Shown: positions 13,928 through 24,235, counted from the stretch's first letter. The stretch: 64,000 nucleotides of DNA from Octopus sinensis (GCF_006345805.1 NC_043005.1:106578001-106642000), one strand, 5' to 3'. Notes: generated from the letters alone by a model not told the origin. Program-made: numbers and translations.

Positions 13928-14034
13928 CATACATATGGAGGGTGGGGATACACACATACATGTGTGTGTACGTATATCTTTCATCTTTTCCGTGTTTCAA
14001 TCATTAAACTATAACCACGAAGAATTTTAGTCAA

Positions 14035-14330
14035 ACTAATCGACTTCAGGTCATACCCTTTTAAGCCTGGTGCCTATTCTATCGATCTCTTTTGCCGAAC
14101 TTCTAGGTTACGGGAAGGTAAGCACACCAACACCGTTTGGCAAATATACACACACACACACCAACGCACACACGTACACTTTCACACGCACATATTTACG
14201 ACGGGCTATTCAAAAGGCTTTGGTCGACCCGAGTCTATAGTAGAAGGCACTTACTCAAGGTGTTATACCGTGAGACTGAAGCCGGAACGATGTGGCTGGG
14301 AAGCGAAATTCTTACCACAAAGCCACGCCT
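14035..14330 (-). mobile_element. Decayed OR-type SINE
   Basis: Reverse-complement homology to 7106-7513 (head, CORE-like motif, GACCAAAGCCTT, part of tail). Confidence 0.75.
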
Positions 14331-14349
14331 GAGCCTACACACACACACA

Positions 14350-14412
14350 ATTAGACAGACAGATAGATATATAGATAGAGAGATAGACAGGCAGAGAGAT
14401 AGACAGACAGAC

Positions 14413-14490
<78 letters not shown>
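14350..14490 (+). repeat. (AGAT)n/(AGAC)n microsatellite
   Basis: Direct reading. Confidence 0.95.
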
Positions 14491-14491
<1 letters not shown>

Positions 14492-14727
14492 CACGTACGT
14501 ATGTCTGTAAGAGTGTGTGCGTGTTTGTTTTCTATATCTTGTTTGATCTTTCTAGAAGGATATGCATGAATTTCTAGATAATTATATTAATTGCATTTAT
14601 AAATGCTAATGGACGAAACATTACACATATTCACATACCAGCATACAATGACATACAGCTTTGAATATAACATATATACACACATACCTATGTGTGAGTG
14701 TGTATGTATGTATAAAAACATACGTAT

Positions 14728-14797
<70 letters not shown>

Positions 14798-15305
14798 CGT
14801 ATATATATATGTTTATTTATATATATATATTATATATATATATATAATATATATATATATATTATTATATATATGTACATATATATACATACATATATAT
14901 ATATATATGAAACAAGATAAATATGAATAAATCTAAATTTGATGGAGAGAGAATCAGTTAGATGAGGATGCTACGGATAACGCAGATGTAAAGATAAGTA
15001 GGTCAGAAAAAAAATCTATTGTTCCTTTGTAACAAAGAACTATTCTTCAAGATTCTAAGTGGATGAAAAGTGTTAATTCTTGAAGAATAGCTCTGGGAAT
15101 AAATTCATTTGCTGCCACTTTGAGATTGAATATAAAAAAAATATGAAAGTAGAAGAGCATGTCCTTTTGTGAGCATTTTGCACAGACACACACACACATA
15201 CATGCACACACACACACACATATATATATGTATATATATATGTGTGTATGTGTATATATATATATATATATAAATATAAACATACATACATACACATATA
15301 TGCAT

Positions 15306-15336
<31 letters not shown>

Positions 15337-16068
15337 CATATAGATACATATGTATATATACAAAAATGTATATATATATTATGTATATATGAGACTTACA
15401 CCTGTTCACGTTTATTCTCTTTATACCAGTTATCATATGCAAGTGTATTCCTATTTTACGTGTGTGTATGTTTATATATATCTATATCTATCTGTGTGTG
15501 TGTGCGTATGTATTTGTGTGTGCATGCATACTTATGTGTGCATGCATGTGTGTACATACACACATATGTATATATATACATATAGTAATTTCTTTCATTG
15601 TTCCGTGTGAGTCATCGTGCTATCAAGCCTTACTGGAGCAGATCCGAATTTATTGCAATATATTATGTATTGTTAACATGGTATTCTGTTTTTTCATTTG
15701 AAATTTGTGAGTGTTTGTTTTATTAATGTAACAGTGAGATGCTGAGGACAGCTCCATATTGGAAGCAGCCAGGTGACGATGACTAAAAAAGAAAAAAAAC
15801 ACCGCCTTTTATATTAATATATTAATTGTTGAACTGTTTTTATCAACACCATGAAGGCCCCTAACACGGTGTTCATCTTAACATCACTGTCCTGCCCTTA
15901 AACAAATTTACTCTCTTACAAGTATTCCAACAAGACCTGTAGGTTCGTCGTGTCCCGTGAATTTCCTTTATGAGAGTGACGCGGAAATGTCAGAGAGGAC
16001 TTCAAATAGATGAAACATGATCTCACAGGCCTGACTGCAATACCTTGCTAGTGGTCTCTTTTTCTACC

Positions 16069-16301
16069 GGCGAGCTGGCAGATACGTTAGCACGCCGGGC
16101 GAAATGCTTAGCTGTATTTCGTCTGCCGCGACGTTCTGAGTTCAAATTCCGCCGAGGTCGACTTTGCCTTTCATCCTTTTGGCGTCGATGAAAAAAGTGC
16201 CAGTTACGCACTGGGGTTGATATAATCGACTTAATCCGTTTGTCTGTCCTTGTTTGTCCTCTCTGTGTTTAGACCCTTGTGGATAGTTAAGAAATAGGTA
16301 T
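16069..16301 (+). mobile_element. tRNA-derived SINE family M, full length
   Basis: GGCGAGCTGGCAGA..GAGTTCAAATTCC (A/B-box-like), central CTTTCATCCTT..GGCGTCGATGAAA..AAGTGCCAG, tail GAAATAGGTAT. Homologues at 16906, 44091, 50841, 53998 and 56856. The central part resembles Meta/Sauria-type SINE domains (from memory, unverified). Confidence 0.88.
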
Positions 16302-16905
16302 CTTTTTCTACCTAAACTTGGTTTTGATGATTCTGGTTTATTTCGGTAAATATATATCTTTGGCTCACTCACCGCAAGACGGTTGTGATAAAAAGTTTAC
16401 AATTAGGTTTCGTCAGATGAGATCTTTTCTGGATAGCTATATTTTTCTCTGTTTATAGATGTTTGCCTCCACGTATGTGTATGCATGATTTGTGTGCATG
16501 TGTTTGTGTGAGTCTATGCATGTGCTCAATAGATGAATAAACCCTAGACTATAACAATCACGTGACAACTTGCTGGGGCTGCCTGCTGGAGCCTAGCGGC
16601 AGGTATTTAAAGGGAAAAAGTTTGACAAGTCAGTCAGTCGCCCACTGACACACGTTGGCGCTACATTGAAGAGGCCAGGGAACAGAAGACAGAAGAAGAA
16701 AGAGGACATGCACCCAACACCAGAGCTGAAGACACCGCCGAAAGGGGTGGGTGGGCACCACGTTAAAACGGTAGAGGTGTAGGGGCCGAAACAGGACGTG
16801 GTTCCTCCTGATGATGTCTTCAGCTAACAGGATCATATAACGGAGCTGTTGTGGTAGCAGATCACGAAACACGGTTGTAATTCCTTCCTAAAGAAATAAA
16901 CAGAT

Positions 16906-17055
16906 TTCCGCCGAGGTCGTCTTTGCCTTTCACCCTCTCGGGGCGATAAATAAAGTACCAGTTACGCACTGGAGTCGATGTAATCGACTTCATCCCTTTG
17001 TCTGTCCTTGTTTGTCCCCTCTATGTTTAGCCCCTTGTGGGCAATGAAGAAGTAG
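16906..17055 (+). mobile_element. 5'-truncated family M SINE
   Basis: Homology to about 16147-16301. Confidence 0.85.
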
Positions 17056-17264
17056 ATTGTTAGATAGAATCAGATAGTTAGATAGATAGGTACAAGACAT
17101 CTACACACATCACGGTCTTCATGATCTGGAGCAGTTCTTAGAATTACTACCCTGCTAAATGAATCAGAAACCAAGTCCCGTTCACGTGTTTAGTTTTTTC
17201 GCATAGTTTTTACGGTTTGGTTTCCTTCCTAACGCCAAACTTGTTACATATTGTACCGACTGCA

Positions 17265-18560
17265 TTTTAGCATGGCGTCAGCAATAGCGATATTGTCAGG
17301 TTGACATTTGTCAGGTTTGGGAAAATACACTCAGCCAGCTTTCATCCACTGGTTGATGATTTTCAGGTTCTTCGCTGACATTTACATTTTCTCGAAATAG
17401 TCAAGAGCATTGAAACATTTTTCTACGGCAGATAGGGCATCCCATTTGGACCAGGTGATGACTTTCTGCTCTGGCTTTCTGAACTACTTTCTTTTATTTC
17501 ACTCAGTATTGGTGGTTTGTTATTGAGGCATTCTGATCTCAAATAGTACCTCACAAAAAGAATCAGAGTAAGTTTTCTAGAGATGGTGTTCGATAGTTTC
17601 ATTATATGAGTGTCTTATGCTTTGTCTACTCGAACAGTTTCCTAAGCAAACTGGAAGGAATCGTCAAAAATGTGATCATCAATGGTTTCTTTTAATTCTC
17701 CTTCTCACTTATTCTGCTTAGCTTTCAGCTCATTCCAGAGAGTCTCCGGCCCTTGAATTTTTAAATCTGATGCTTTTTCTCCTTCCAGATTTTCTCCCTC
17801 TCTGGATTTATGAGGAGGTGTTTTCATTTTTGGCAATTTTACGCAACAGGCATCCCTGCAGGTGACATAAATGCAATAAGAGTGGCACGGATGGATTTAT
17901 CATCCTTCCCATCTTAGTGAATCATGGGAGTAGCTTTCATGCATGTTGCTTGTACCACGTTGAAGAAATGCAAGGCGGAGAGCCATCCCACAGAATCTGT
18001 TGGTCCGGGATTTGGTCTGGCTATGGATCAGTAGTAAGAAGCTCTAGAGAGAGCTGAACAGCATAAGAAAGGCATCCCCAAAGCAACGTTTTCATCCTTA
18101 AACTTCTTACACTCATATAAAACACCTGCTGCTTCATTTTGGCTACTTTCTGCATTGCAGCCTACAACTTCCTTTCCTGAGGTGTGAAGGTGCCCCAGAG
18201 CGAAACTACCTTGGTTGTCGTAAACAGTTCAGTCTGAGATACCAACCGAACATACAGTAAACAGTGCCTTCTGAAACTAACTTTTATTCCTCGTTGATCA
18301 GATCTTACTGGAACTTTCCTCAGTTATTTCTCCTTATTGTCTTAAGAGCTCTGGTTCCCCTTTTCCCAGAAATGAGAGCCATTTCAAGATAACGTAAGCA
18401 GATTTGCTCACAAAATCCTTCACTCCCACTTCTTTGGCAAGAGCTTAGGTTTGGAAGCCGAATTCTCACAGTTTGATGGCTAAACTGCCATATTTTTCAG
18501 CTAAGTAGATGTATCAGGTAATTCCTGGGAAAGCGGGGCTTATCCCTTGGTTCCGTTCTC
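17265..18560 (-). mobile_element. Decayed 5' part of an RLE-type (HERO/NeSL/R2-group) non-LTR element
   Basis: Minus-strand remnants 'QGPETLWNELKAK', 'FDDSFQFA', 'PPILSEIKE.VQKARAESSPGPNGMPY' and 'QWMKAG*VYFPK' correspond to the pre-RT region and RT domains 0-1; breaks off before the catalytic motif. Confidence 0.55.
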
Positions 18561-19418
18561 ATAATTGTTTCGCTAATCTAATAACAACAATACAAAGTAT
18601 GTAGCCCTTAAAATAATTTTTGTGCGTTTACAGAAAATACCGAACTGTCTTACACAGGATTTTATTTTTAGAAATTCCCAATAAGTTATGAATACCCAAA
18701 TTGTGAAGTCAGTTATGTAATAACATGAAATTAGTTACCCGATGGTAAGAATTCAAATAAAGTAGCCTCGAAAAGGGCTTTAATGCGTTCTCAGAGTATA
18801 TAGAACTTAGGAGGAAATACTAGTAAAGTATGTATACTAAAATCGTGAAGCATGTTACGTAATAACGAGCTAAACAGATATGAGATAACATTTCAAAGTA
18901 AATAACTCTGAAAAGGGCTTTTGTGCGTTCCCGGAGAATATTACTCTCAGCGGCGCTAGTGTTGGTATATGAGCGAATAAGTCACTAACAGAAGTAAGTG
19001 GATTTATTCTATTTACAGAAATAAGTGGATTTATTCTATTCTAGGAAAATTCTATTTATTTGTTTAAGGGTTGTACTGGTTAAATTGTGAAAATAACTCT
19101 AACAGTTCAAATACTAAGAAATAAGCATACTCAATTTGATTTATACCAAATGAATTAAGAAAACTGAATGGGTTATTTCCCTTAGTTGTTAAAATCCGGG
19201 CGAATGGGTTATTTCCCTTGACTGTTAAAATGAAATATATTAGATATATATCAGGATTCCTTCCAGGAGCCCTATTATTAATTTTTTCAACAATCTGAGT
19301 ATACCATGAGGTTTCTAGACATGACTTCTACTCATCAGAATCTATAAAACGATGTCGGAGGAGTTAGCTAACAACTCCACAAACACACCCCACTCACAGA
19401 CAGACTTTCCCACATATG

Positions 19419-19457
<39 letters not shown>

Positions 19458-19517
19458 GATTGGAACACCTTTGAACATAGGTCAAGCTGATCAGAGAGGA
19501 CTTGCTGCAAAATAGCA

Positions 19518-19553
19518 ATGACAACAACAACAACAACAACAACAACAACAGAA

Positions 19554-19593
<40 letters not shown>

Positions 19594-19625
19594 GTAGTGC
19601 TACTGCTGCAGCTGCTACTGTTGCT
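19518..19625 (+). repeat. (CAA)n-(CTA)n-(CTG) compound trinucleotide repeat
   Basis: Direct reading. Confidence 0.9.
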
Positions 19626-20231
19626 GCTACTATATCGATTCCACAAGGGAATATCTGCACAGACATTTCGAGTTGCAAGAAATAAGAACCAAATCTCCCT
19701 TACATCACCCCTACTATCTTTTCAAGATCAAAATCCTTTCATCACCGGCGACCTAGCGCGGTTCTACACTTGTGTGTCTATTGTAAATCATGAACACATC
19801 ATTATTATAATTCAATGCTATTTCCAGTGCGTATATCGGTTAGAATTTTATGTCTGGCAATGTACTGCACAAAAGAACAATAGTTCGTAAGTATTTCCGA
19901 TTGACCATTGTGTCCGTTACTGGGGAAGACAAAATTAAGCCAAACCCAATGTCTGACGGTACTTCCGTCGTTCGGAGCTTAATATGTTTTTTAGATCACG
20001 AAGTCTCTAGAGAGAGGTCTCTCTGAGACAAAATCCCACAGCTGGCGTCTTTCTTTGTTTGTGTATACTACTTACCATTATTTTAAAGAGATAAATTTTA
20101 GATTTTCTATAGCATTCAGAGCAGCAATGTAAAGTACGATATTTCGTATATGAATACGCCTATGTAAATTATGCAATGGAAGATAGAAAAAATAGGACAT
20201 GGGTGTATATACATATTTCAAGAGATATTCT

Positions 20232-20402
20232 GTTCTATATTTAAGAGATGAGGAATTATTTACATTATTTACATTCGACGGATATTTGTCCTCATCTTGT
20301 TTGCTGTTAACACAACGTTTCGGCTGATATACCCTCCAGCATTCTTCAGGTGTCTTGGGGGAAATTTCGAACCTGGGTTCTCATTCCTAAGATATTCTTC
20401 GA

Positions 20403-20404
<2 letters not shown>
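20232..20404 (-). mobile_element. Family B 3' module (hammerhead-bearing tail)
   Basis: Homologous to the inverted partial copy at 21324-21403; follows (AAT)n on the minus strand. Confidence 0.75.
20309..20354 (-). ncRNA. Type I minimal hammerhead motif (family B)
   Basis: Minus strand GACAC-CTGAAGA-A-TGCTGG-AGGGTATA-TCAGCC-GAAA-CG-TT-GTGTT. Stem I GACAC/GTGTT, palindromic ACGT stem III, GUU triplet; the first stem II pair is a T-C mismatch in this copy. Confidence 0.65.
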
Positions 20405-20438
<34 letters not shown>

Positions 20439-20440
<2 letters not shown>

Positions 20441-21175
20441 TATGTTTGACTTTTGCTTTATATTTGTACAAGTTGGCTCCAAGTCTCACCCAGAGACCTC
20501 AAGAGACAACAGGGTTGGAAGTTCATGTTGTTGTTATGCCTAGTGTGCCATATATTTGGGGGGTGGGGATGTTGTACTAATGAATGTCTAAAAAAAAAGG
20601 TTTTTTTTTTGTTTTTTTTTGTTTTTTTTTAAACCGAAAATTATGTTTGTTTTAAACCTTGAGATTACATAGAGAGTATTTTGCGTAGGATATGAGCAGT
20701 TCCCATGAGCACTATCTTTTGAACTTCTGCCATTTTTGGGTTTCCTGGTATCTGAGTTAGGTAGCTATCAGCCCCTTTTGCTATCATTCCCAGGGCACCT
20801 ATGACAACAGGTATGTTTTAGTCTTCAGCTTCCACATTTTGCTGATTTCTATTTCAAGATCTTTATATTTGCTCAGTTTTTGGTAGGTCTGACAGATACG
20901 TTTATATCGATTGGGACAGTCATATCAATGAGGAGGCATGTTCTTTGTTTGAAGTCTTTCAATATGATGTCTGGCCTATTTGCATCTATCTTCCTGTCAG
21001 TTTGAATGGTGAAGTTCCAGAAGAGTGAGATGTGGTCATTTTCAGCACTGGGGGTGGTTTGTGTTCCACCAGTTTTTTCATGGGGCAAATCCAGGTTTTT
21101 ACAGATTACCCAGTGAATATATGTGCAGCTCTATCGTGCCTGTTGAGATACTCTGTAGGCGCTAGAAGACTGCAC
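20439..21175 (-). mobile_element. 5'-truncated R4/Dong-clade non-LTR retrotransposon (RLE domain plus 3' UTR)
   Basis: 'CSLLAPTEYLNRHDRAA', 'LFWNFTIQTDRKIDANRPDIILKD..CLLIDMTVP' (PD-D RLE), 'KLSKYKDLEIEISKMWKLKT..PVVIGALG..EVQKIVLMGTAHILRKIL*'; (TAA)n on both sides. Confidence 0.88.
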
Positions 21176-21195
21176 TTATTTTATTATTATTATTA

Positions 21196-21230
<35 letters not shown>

Positions 21231-21242
21231 TATTATTATTGT

Positions 21243-21317
21243 TCAGGTCATTGCTTGGAATCGAACTCGGAATCTTGGGGTTAGTAGCCCGCACTCTTAA
21301 CCACTATGCCATATGCC
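21243..21317 (-). mobile_element. tRNA-like SINE head of family B
   Basis: A box TGGCATAGTGG (21311-21301), B box GAGTTCGATTCC (21268-21257), anticodon-loop-like CTACTAA; imperfect acceptor stem; followed by (AAT)n. Confidence 0.75.
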
Positions 21318-21323
21318 GTGGGC

Positions 21324-21403
21324 ATCGAAGAATACCTTAGGAATGAGAAACCACGTTCGAAATTTCCCTAAGGCACCTGAAGAATGCTGGAGGGTATATC
21401 AGC
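21324..21403 (+). mobile_element. Inverted, truncated copy of the family B tail
   Basis: Close match (about 6-7 differences by eye) to the reverse complement of 20322-20402; stops exactly after hammerhead stem II (CAGCC). Confidence 0.8.
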
Positions 21404-21829
21404 CCACACCACACCGCATAACACCACTCTGCAAATACTAGCACTGATCACTTCCCAGCACACACACGATCATCCACACACCGACATATTACAGACGCAC
21501 ACACTTACACACGCACACATCCACACGACAGTCACCAGTTCCTATCCACACGCATACACTTACACGCTCCCACATACACACGCACCTTCACTTTGGGATC
21601 ACCAATACTTTATTTTTTCCCCTTCTCCCTAACTACCTCTGTCCAACCAACCGCCATGATTAATTGCTAGCTCCAAAAGCTTTTTAAATTCTCCCTGTGT
21701 TCTTTTCTGTTGAAGAGCGTAGGCTCGAAACGTAAAAGACTTTCTCACCTTCCCGAGCGTTAAACTAATACACTTGTTTGTTGCTTATACACCTGTCTTC
21801 GTCTTTTGTTTTCCTGTAAATTTTGGCTA
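21404..21829 (+). mobile_element. Family A element, long copy 3
   Basis: CA-rich 5' part homologous to the reverse complement of about 56100-56340; ends at (TA)n. Confidence 0.85.
21701..21739 (+). ncRNA. Minimal hammerhead-like motif, A6U variant (family A copy 3)
   Basis: TCTTTT-CTGTTGA-A-GAGC-GTAG-GCTC-GAAA-CG-TA-AAAGA. Confidence 0.55.
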
Positions 21830-21833
21830 AATA

Positions 21834-21882
<49 letters not shown>

Positions 21883-21890
21883 ATATACGT

Positions 21891-22016
21891 AAAGGAATAT
21901 GGTGAGATTAAAATGAATAGGTTGTCGAAAGAGATGTAATTTCTTTCTTTTTTATTTATTATTTCAAGAGACTTCTACTTTGTCCTCGATAAGAGAAATA
22001 ATAAAGAAAAAATAAA
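21891..22016 (+). repeat. Short interspersed repeat of about 130 bp next to (TA)n, copy 1
   Basis: Near-identical to 29185-29320. Confidence 0.8.
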
Positions 22017-22479
22017 TCATCCAGCGAATTGTCTTGATAGATATTTTCGTATACGAAACATTGAAATTTAGAGTGCCGGCTCTAAATTCTATAAAAAATC
22101 TATAGTTTATCACTTAAAAGTGAGAATACCGCACTCTTAACACAAAAATCAAGACAGAATACTGACTTGTAAAACTTTAATGTACTTTGGTTGCAAAACG
22201 AAATAGCGTGTCCTTGTTAGTAATTAACACTTCTCATTATGTTTGCCATTGTTATTGTTTAATCCACGACGAGTTCTGAATACACAGAAATTTAAGGTCA
22301 ATGTCACTACGTCCGTCTTCATTTCAACCTGAAGACTATAAAACACATTATTCATTGCGTCCTAATATTAGTATGGTCTTTTGTTATTGTTGTTGTTGTC
22401 ATTTGAAACCATTTTAATCCCTGACTGAGATGATTTATGATTTATGAGTTATGATATAGCCAACTGATTATTTTGTTTG

Positions 22480-22930
22480 ATGCAGCAGTAGTGGTAATAG
22501 GTGTAGTAGTCGACCATGTAGTTGTGGTTAGTGTAGTAAATCTGGCAGTAGTGGTTGATGTAGTAGCAGTTGTGCAGTTTGTGTACTGGTACTTGTAATG
22601 ATGGTTGTAGTAGTGCTTGTTACTGTAGGGGCGGTGCTAGGTGTAGTGGTAGAAGATTTCAGTGAAGTGGCAGTTGTGGTAATGGTTTCTGTTGTCATAA
22701 CTGTGGTGCTAGATTTAGTATTGTTTCTGGTGGTAGCTGTAGTGGTTTTCTAATATCAGGTGTAGTGGGAACTGCTAAAGAGGCTGTAGTGGTGACTGTT
22801 GAGGTAGTAGTTTGTGTAGTAATGGTAATAGCTATAATGTTAGATGCAGTGATGGTAATAGTAGCTAGCATTAGTGATGGGCGTAGACATGCTGGCAATG
22901 ATGGTGATGTGGTGTTGGCATTATACTTTA
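22480..22930 (+). repeat. Degenerate (GTA/GTG/GAT) trinucleotide tract
   Basis: Direct reading. Confidence 0.8.
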
Positions 22931-22979
22931 CTAGCAGAGATACCCGGTGTTGCTCGGGATTAAAATCGCATAGTCTTTT

Positions 22980-23270
22980 TATTGTTTTACTTGTTTCAGT
23001 CATGTGACAGCGGCCAAGCTGGAGCACCACCTTTAGTCGAACAAATCGACCCCAGGATTTATTCTTTGTAAATCTAGTACTTATTACTATCGGTGTCTTT
23101 TGCTGAACCGCTAAGTTACGGAGGCGTAAACACAGCAACATCGGTTGCCAAGTGATATTGGGCTACAAACTTAGATACACAAACAAATATATACATAGAT
23201 ACGAAAGTCTTCTTTCAATTTCCATGTACGAAATCCACTCACAAGGCTTTGGTCGGCCTGAGGCTATAGT
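22980..23270 (-). mobile_element. OR-type SINE lacking its head
   Basis: Reverse-complement homology to about 7200-7500; ends where family A copy 4 begins. Confidence 0.85.
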
Positions 23271-23292
23271 GTATACATATACATACACACAC

Positions 23293-23481
23293 GCCATGAT
23301 AGATCGTTAGCCACTACACACATTTTTACTCTCCTTGTTTTTTTCTGTGTCCTTCTTTCTTTTCTTGTTTTCTTTCTGTAGAAGAGCGTAGGCTCGAAAC
23401 GTCAAATACTTTTTCTATTCCTCAGCGTTATACTAATACATCTGCTTGTTTTGTACACCACCTGTGTTCGTAAACTCTCCC
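23293..23481 (+). mobile_element. Family A short element, copy 4
   Basis: Homology to the other copies; ends at (TA)n. Confidence 0.85.
23371..23408 (+). ncRNA. Minimal hammerhead-like motif, A6U variant (family A copy 4)
   Basis: TCTTT-CTGTAGA-A-GAGC-GTAG-GCTC-GAAA-CG-TC-AAATA, with a GUC triplet. Confidence 0.6.
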
Positions 23482-23520
23482 TATATATATATATATATAT
23501 ATACATACACACGCACACAC

Positions 23521-24230
23521 ACGTGAAAGTCAAAAATCAAAGTTCGCATTAGAAGTGTTGAGATGTATTCAAAGATAAGGAAATAATTTTATTCTCACAC
23601 GCAGGCTAATTCTACTAATATGACAGGAACGGGATAAACTATCCATATTTTAGAGAAAAAATCTGATGGCGACCAGTCATGAGATTCGAACTCACATCCC
23701 TGTGATTACGCATCCAGTGTCTTACCATTAAGCTAAACTGACCCAAGGACAAATTCTTCTGCAAATTTAGGATATATAAATCTAGCTTTATAAGACGCTA
23801 TCGTACGTTTGTTGACTTTCAACGTAAGTTGATTTTTCTGCAAATTATGAATAATTTATCCTCTTAATGCTATATTATTAGCATTATCCTCCATTTGAGA
23901 ATAAAATTATATCCTTATCTGTATCTTTCAATACATCTCAACGCTTCTAAAGCAAGGTTTGTTTGTTGACTTTCAACGTAAGTTGAATTTAACGTACAAA
24001 GGTAGATTCATATATCCTAAATTTCCAGAAGAGTTTGTCGTTGGGTCAGTTTAGATTAATGGTAAAGTACTGGACGTGTAATCACAGGGATATCTGTTTA
24101 AGTCTCATAGCTAACCGTGAACATATTTTTGTGCAAAATATGTATAGTTTAATCCTGTACGTACTATATTATTAGCATTATCCTGCGTTTGAGAATAAAA
24201 TTATTTCCTTGTTTGTAACTTTCAGTACAT
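23521..24230. mobile_element. Inverted/tandem array of a tRNA-containing repeat unit
   Basis: Minus-strand unit about 23521-23810; plus-strand tail copy about 23870-23950; plus-strand unit about 23960-24230; tRNA-like cores at 23667-23743 (-) and 24044-24117 (+). Confidence 0.7.
23667..23743 (-). pseudogene. tRNA-like sequence with encoded CCA (Thr-CGT-like), probably a retroposed pseudogene or SINE core
   Basis: GGTCAGT..TAGCTTAATGGTAAG..CTGGA-TGCGTAA-TCACAG..GTGAG-TTCGAAT-CTCA..ACTGGTC-G-CCA; imperfect stems. Confidence 0.55.
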
Positions 24231-24235
24231 ATATA

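Noticed and set aside
16782-16820. GGCC-GAAAC..CTGATGA as a type II hammerhead
   Set aside because: Only 16 nt lie between GAAA and CTGATGA, too few for stems III and I, and stem II does not pair.
23667-23743. Functional tRNA gene
   Set aside because: Acceptor, D and anticodon stems are imperfect, CCA is encoded, there is no oligo-T terminator directly after, and it sits inside a repeated unit.
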